DNA of 63,640 nucleotides, filler included, from Pachysolen tannophilus NRRL Y-2460 (Eukaryota): assembly GCA_001661245.1 (NCBI GenBank). It is 5 parts of 3 records of this genome, joined end to end, with 100 filler letters (N's around TTAATTAATTAA, not from the genome) between each part and the next. Parts side by side here need not be neighbours in the genome. Positions count along the whole stretch, not along the records: positions 35,191 to 63,640 come from KV454020.1; 4 more parts are not named here. One strand, given 5' to 3'. The first letter of the stretch is position 1. Each line of letters starts with the position of its first letter. Below, one piece after another: positions 63,622 through 63,640 of this stretch. Under the pieces are notes generated by a model. It did not search any database, was not told the origin of the DNA, and saw only the letters and a program-made list of their open reading frames with translations. The position numbers were made by a program, and so were the translations under genes.

Positions 63622-63640
63622 TATATACTATATATATATA

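Overview
Concatenated draft-assembly window from an AT-rich budding yeast (Saccharomycotina). Five pieces are joined by 100-nt N spacers carrying an artificial TTAATTAATTAA linker, so adjacency across spacers is not biological. (1) 1-3256 and (2) 3357-10349 are nuclear rDNA: Pol I promoter, 18S, ITS1, 5.8S, ITS2, 25S with a clean 1166-bp internal inversion, terminator elements, and an inverted NTS/5S segment. (3) 10450-15703 holds a PSP1-like gene, a DPP1-like phosphatase and intron-containing SUMO (SMT3). (4) 15804-35090 looks like a chromosome end: a (ACACCTCTC)n tract, then SDRs, a siderophore MFS, an OYE, formamidase plus a DUR3-like transporter, MED17, a PanE-like reductase, ADO1 and a TLC protein. 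(5) 35191-63640 is an apparently complete ~28.4-kb mitochondrial genome with all genes on + (code 4): 14 core proteins, rps3/var1, rns, rnl, 25 tRNAs, 2 group II and 2 group I introns. Nuclear CTG codons fall at conserved Ala sites, pointing to the CUG-Ala clade (Pachysolen/Nakazawaea/Peterozyma-like; inference). The most notable observations are a free-standing intact LAGLIDADG gene that shares a 94-bp copy of the nad6 leader/start behind a pseudo-tRNA, two full-length intron LAGLIDADG ORFs lacking catalytic acids, a ~128-nt candidate RNase P RNA, frame disruptions in nad5, cox2 and atp6, a tRNA-Leu(AAG) with a short variable arm, and the candidate telomere repeat.
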